This document shows, in pieces, positions 61,628-64,000 of a stretch of 64,000 nt of DNA; positions within the stretch are counted from its first letter, which is position 1, and every line of letters starts with the position of its first letter. The notes below the pieces were generated by a model that saw only the letters and a program-made list of their open reading frames with translations, did no database searches and had not been told where the DNA came from. A program made the position numbers and the translations under genes. Source of the DNA: a virus (Duplodnaviria; Caudoviricetes); IMG/VR virus record IMGVR_UViG_3300034073_003276; one strand, 5' to 3'.

Positions 61628-61656
61628 ATCATAACACGCTGACAAATCCCTGTCAA
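61628..61656 (-). promoter_or_regulatory. sigma70-type psbA promoter with overlapping TAAATA late promoter
   Basis: TTGACA-N17-TATGAT; TAAATA overlaps the end of the -10 box. Confidence 0.7.
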
Positions 61657-61817
61657 GCCCTGTATTCCTCGATTTTGTCCAGAACCTTGTTGAGATAATG
61701 ATGTGCCAACCATTTTGGATCATATCCAGATTTATTCATCCACTCTTTATCCAATTCGGATTTTATTTTAAGGACTTCACATCTTATAATATCCTTTGTT
61801 AGTTGTCCTCTTGGCAT
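61653..61817 (-). CDS. 54-aa conserved-looking cyanophage protein
   Basis: Manual translation MPRGQLTKDIIRCEVLKIKSELDKEW...K.LAH.YLNKVLDKIEEYRA. Confidence 0.55.
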   Translation of the reverse strand: MPRGQLTKDIIRCEVLKIKSELDKEWMNKSGYDPKWLAHHYLNKVLDKIEEYRA

Positions 61818-61902
61818 ATACAAAAAAACTCTGCCTCTTATTTAGAAGCAGAGTAAAGATATATTAAGTGTTATATCAGACAGTTCAGGTATTATTATTT
61901 AG

Positions 61903-62022
61903 TCACCACACTCCCGGAATTACTTGCCCAGTAGTGAGATAAGTTCCTACGGCAATAACAAATCCAAGCATTGCCAGTCTTCCATTCAGTCTTTCGTTTT
62001 CTTCAGTCCATCCGAATTTCAT
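61903..62022 (-). CDS. hli: High-light inducible protein (39 aa)
   Basis: MKFGWTEENERLNGRLAMLGF with the ExxNGRxAM motif; GAGGAG RBS. Confidence 0.85.
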   Translation of the reverse strand: MKFGWTEENERLNGRLAMLGFVIAVGTYLTTGQVIPGVW

Positions 62023-62183
62023 TTTGTTTCTCCTCGTTTAGTAGTGTTTTGAATAACGATAAATTTGTCTTTTGGTAAAGTACCTGCGATACAGACTTTA
62101 AGTTCGTCATTATTATTCCAGGCACCAGAATCTACTAATTCTTGGAGGGCAAGAGAAAGGTGTCCAAGCATATTAGCACTCAT
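62019..62183 (-). CDS. 54-aa hypothetical protein
   Basis: Manual translation MSANMLGHLSLALQELVDSGAW...; coupled to neighbours. Confidence 0.5.
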   Translation of the reverse strand: MSANMLGHLSLALQELVDSGAWNNNDELKVCIAGTLPKDKFIVIQNTTKRGETK

Positions 62184-62269
62184 TAATAAGTCTCCAAAAC
62201 TTTTTCAACAGAATAACCTAAAATTACCAAAAAGGCAACACTAGTAATAGTCCAGAGTGCTTCAATCAT
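62183..62269 (-). CDS. 28-aa transmembrane micropeptide
   Basis: MIEALWTITSVAFLVILGYSVEKVLETY; TGATG/TAATG coupling. Confidence 0.5.
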   Translation of the reverse strand: MIEALWTITSVAFLVILGYSVEKVLETY

Positions 62270-62478
62270 CAGAAGATTCCGAAGAAGAGTTTACCAGTGA
62301 TAGCATAAGAAATGATACCAGCAACAAAGCCGACCATTGCCCAGCGTCCATTCATTTTCTCCGCTTTCTCAGCATAGGGTTCGATACCATAACGCTCAAG
62401 ATCTTCTTTTGTCATATACATTGAGGGCTCTTTGGCAAACATATTCATTTGCCCGAACTCATTTTTAGTTACAGTCAT
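62269..62478 (-). CDS. hli: High-light inducible protein (69 aa)
   Basis: NMFAKEP...AEKMNGRWAMVGF. Confidence 0.9.
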   Translation of the reverse strand: MTVTKNEFGQMNMFAKEPSMYMTKEDLERYGIEPYAEKAEKMNGRWAMVGFVAGIISYAITGKLFFGIF

Positions 62479-62506
62479 TTTTAAATTCATTAAGAATTGT
62501 TACACA

Positions 62507-62535
62507 ATTATATAGGAAATCTAAAGGCGTGTCAA
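62507..62535 (-). promoter_or_regulatory. sigma70-type promoter of the hli operon
   Basis: TTGACA-N17-TATAAT. Confidence 0.75.
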
Positions 62536-62577
62536 GCCCTTTTTGTTTGAGTATGCTAACACGATAAGTATAAATGC

Positions 62578-63369
62578 TTACTGTGCTGGTTGAGATGGTT
62601 GGGATATCCGTCCAAGATAAGGATCATAAGTCATAAAATCGTCAATAGTCATATCATGCCCTCGATGTTGCCAAAATTGAAAAAGACCATCATGACTTGC
62701 TTTATGAAATGCATCAACATGTTCTGGATGAATAGAAGATCCTAATTCAATACGATAAAGAAAAATTGGAATTGAAAATGTATTACCAGAATTATAAATC
62801 AAATCATCAGCAACTGCTCTGGGTTTCACTCCTTGATCTAACTTATATTTTCCATCACGAATATGAAATTTCATAAGTTTTTCTGCATGATGGCGAGTGA
62901 TCATATAAGCAGCAGTGGAAAAGTCATTTACAAATCTTTTATGAAGTTTTACATGCAGGTCCCCAGTGCAAATAATTGCTAACTGTATGACATCCCAATC
63001 ATATGGAACTTTTGATACGAAATCTTGCCATGTAAAATTCCAGAATCTTGCAAGTTGTAGATCTACATCGTCCTCCATAATAATTGCATAAGGACTATCA
63101 GAAGTCTCCATCCAATGTTTGATTGCTTTTAAATGAGAAGTTGTACAACCAATCTCACCAGAGGTCATATTCTCTGGATACCTACCTTTAATAATGTCAC
63201 TTAGATCATCTTCCCTCCCATCATATGCAGAGATGCGAGTATAGTTTTCAATTTCCCAATACTTAAATTGCTCCTCCATATATTGCTTTCTTTCTGGTTG
63301 ATCATCCAGATTTAAATAATATATTGGAGGAATATTTTTAAGTTTATATACTGATTTATTTTTATCCAT
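62578..63369 (-). CDS. Glycosyltransferase family 25
   Basis: IYYLNLD...R...GEIGC..SH...IMEDD. Confidence 0.85.
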   Translation of the reverse strand: MDKNKSVYKLKNIPPIYYLNLDDQPERKQYMEEQFKYWEIENYTRISAYDGREDDLSDIIKGRYPENMTSGEIGCTTSHLKAIKHWMETSDSPYAIIMEDDVDLQLARFWNFTWQDFVSKVPYDWDVIQLAIICTGDLHVKLHKRFVNDFSTAAYMITRHHAEKLMKFHIRDGKYKLDQGVKPRAVADDLIYNSGNTFSIPIFLYRIELGSSIHPEHVDAFHKASHDGLFQFWQHRGHDMTIDDFMTYDPYLGRISQPSQPAQ

Positions 63370-63370
63370 A

Positions 63371-64000
63371 TTATACTTGATACTTAGAATTATCTTTTGC
63401 AAGATGAATTATTTTAGGTAAGAACTTACAGTAATCAGAAAAAACTTCTGGATAGGCATATTCTGGTCCTAGAGTATTAATCTTATCCTTATTTTCAATA
63501 AAGTATTTGTTTAGATGACTTTCATCATGCCAAAGTGCAATGACGTTATTTTTAAGATCTTTATTAGTTCTATCACAGAGTTCATCAATCATTTCAAAAA
63601 CTTCTGGGACTTTACCACCCCACAAACATCCCTGATAGTATACCGTAGGAATTTCTTTTTCAGTATCTACATATGCAAGAGATAATGGATTAGTTTCAAA
63701 TGCACCAGGAAGTTTATTATGTGGGGGCATTCCAAGATTATGGCAGGGATGCCAAACACCAAACAAAGGTTTATCTGAGAAAAAGTCTTCCTCTAAAACC
63801 TTATCAATAACGAGAGTATCAGCATCAAGGAAAACCAACCAGTCATTGTTAGCAATTTCTTCTCTGGCTTTGTTAAGAATCTCAAAGCGAGTAAGCGTGA
63901 TATATGGCCAGTCAAGGTGTTCTTGTGGATATACTTTAACATCTTCTGGGAAATCTCCTTCTCCATCAGTAAATACTAAAAAAGTCTTCTCCGTATTTGG
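63371..64000 (-). CDS. Glycosyltransferase family 6 (ABO-like), 5' end outside the window
   Basis: VFTD...WP.ITL.RF...FLDAD...YYQG..WGG...WHDESHLNKY; frame stays open to the window edge. Confidence 0.85.
   Translation of the reverse strand, partial: PNTEKTFLVFTDGEGDFPEDVKVYPQEHLDWPYITLTRFEILNKAREEIANNDWLVFLDADTLVIDKVLEEDFFSDKPLFGVWHPCHNLGMPPHNKLPGAFETNPLSLAYVDTEKEIPTVYYQGCLWGGKVPEVFEMIDELCDRTNKDLKNNVIALWHDESHLNKYFIENKDKINTLGPEYAYPEVFSDYCKFLPKIIHLAKDNSKYQV

Noticed and set aside
61653-61817. Possible frameshift in the small ORF upstream of psbA
   Set aside because: On re-reading, the frame is intact (CTT AAA ATA AAA TCC)
1-64000. tRNA genes or an alternative genetic code
   Set aside because: No cloverleaf was recognised by eye (tRNAscan-SE would be decisive); core genes translate fully with the standard code

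Overview
A 64-kb, AT-rich segment of a large T4-like cyanophage (myovirus) genome, almost entirely on the minus strand. Left: baseplate/tail genes (a hub-like protein with lysozyme-like and M23 domains, gp51, gp26, gp54-like, gp4, gp48, gp53), a Mom-like GNAT, and T4 core genes (gp32, gp59-like, gp33, exonuclease, phoH, thyX, glutaredoxin). Middle (18-59 kb): an accessory/structural island with many glycosyltransferases, methyltransferases, 2OG-Fe(II) oxygenases, a sulfotransferase, UDP-galactopyranose mutase, three RCC1-like propellers, a 2195-aa collagen-like fibre, an 1827-aa Thr-rich repeat fibre and three LamG-like paralogues. Right: psbA, two hli genes and two more GTs. Four free-standing GIY-YIG-type endonuclease genes are present. 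Main observations: (1) psbA looks chimeric, with a recoded, atypically substituted 3' half directly upstream of an unusual endonuclease; (2) a compact nitrogen-sensing-like unit made of a perfect NtcA-type box, a sigma70 promoter, tandem glutamine-riboswitch-like aptamers and three micropeptides; (3) two endonuclease genes share a nested-hairpin/double late-promoter leader architecture, and one appears to have replaced the 3' end of gp51; (4) a candidate virion-fibre modification system. All assignments come from motif recognition by eye; no database searches were run.
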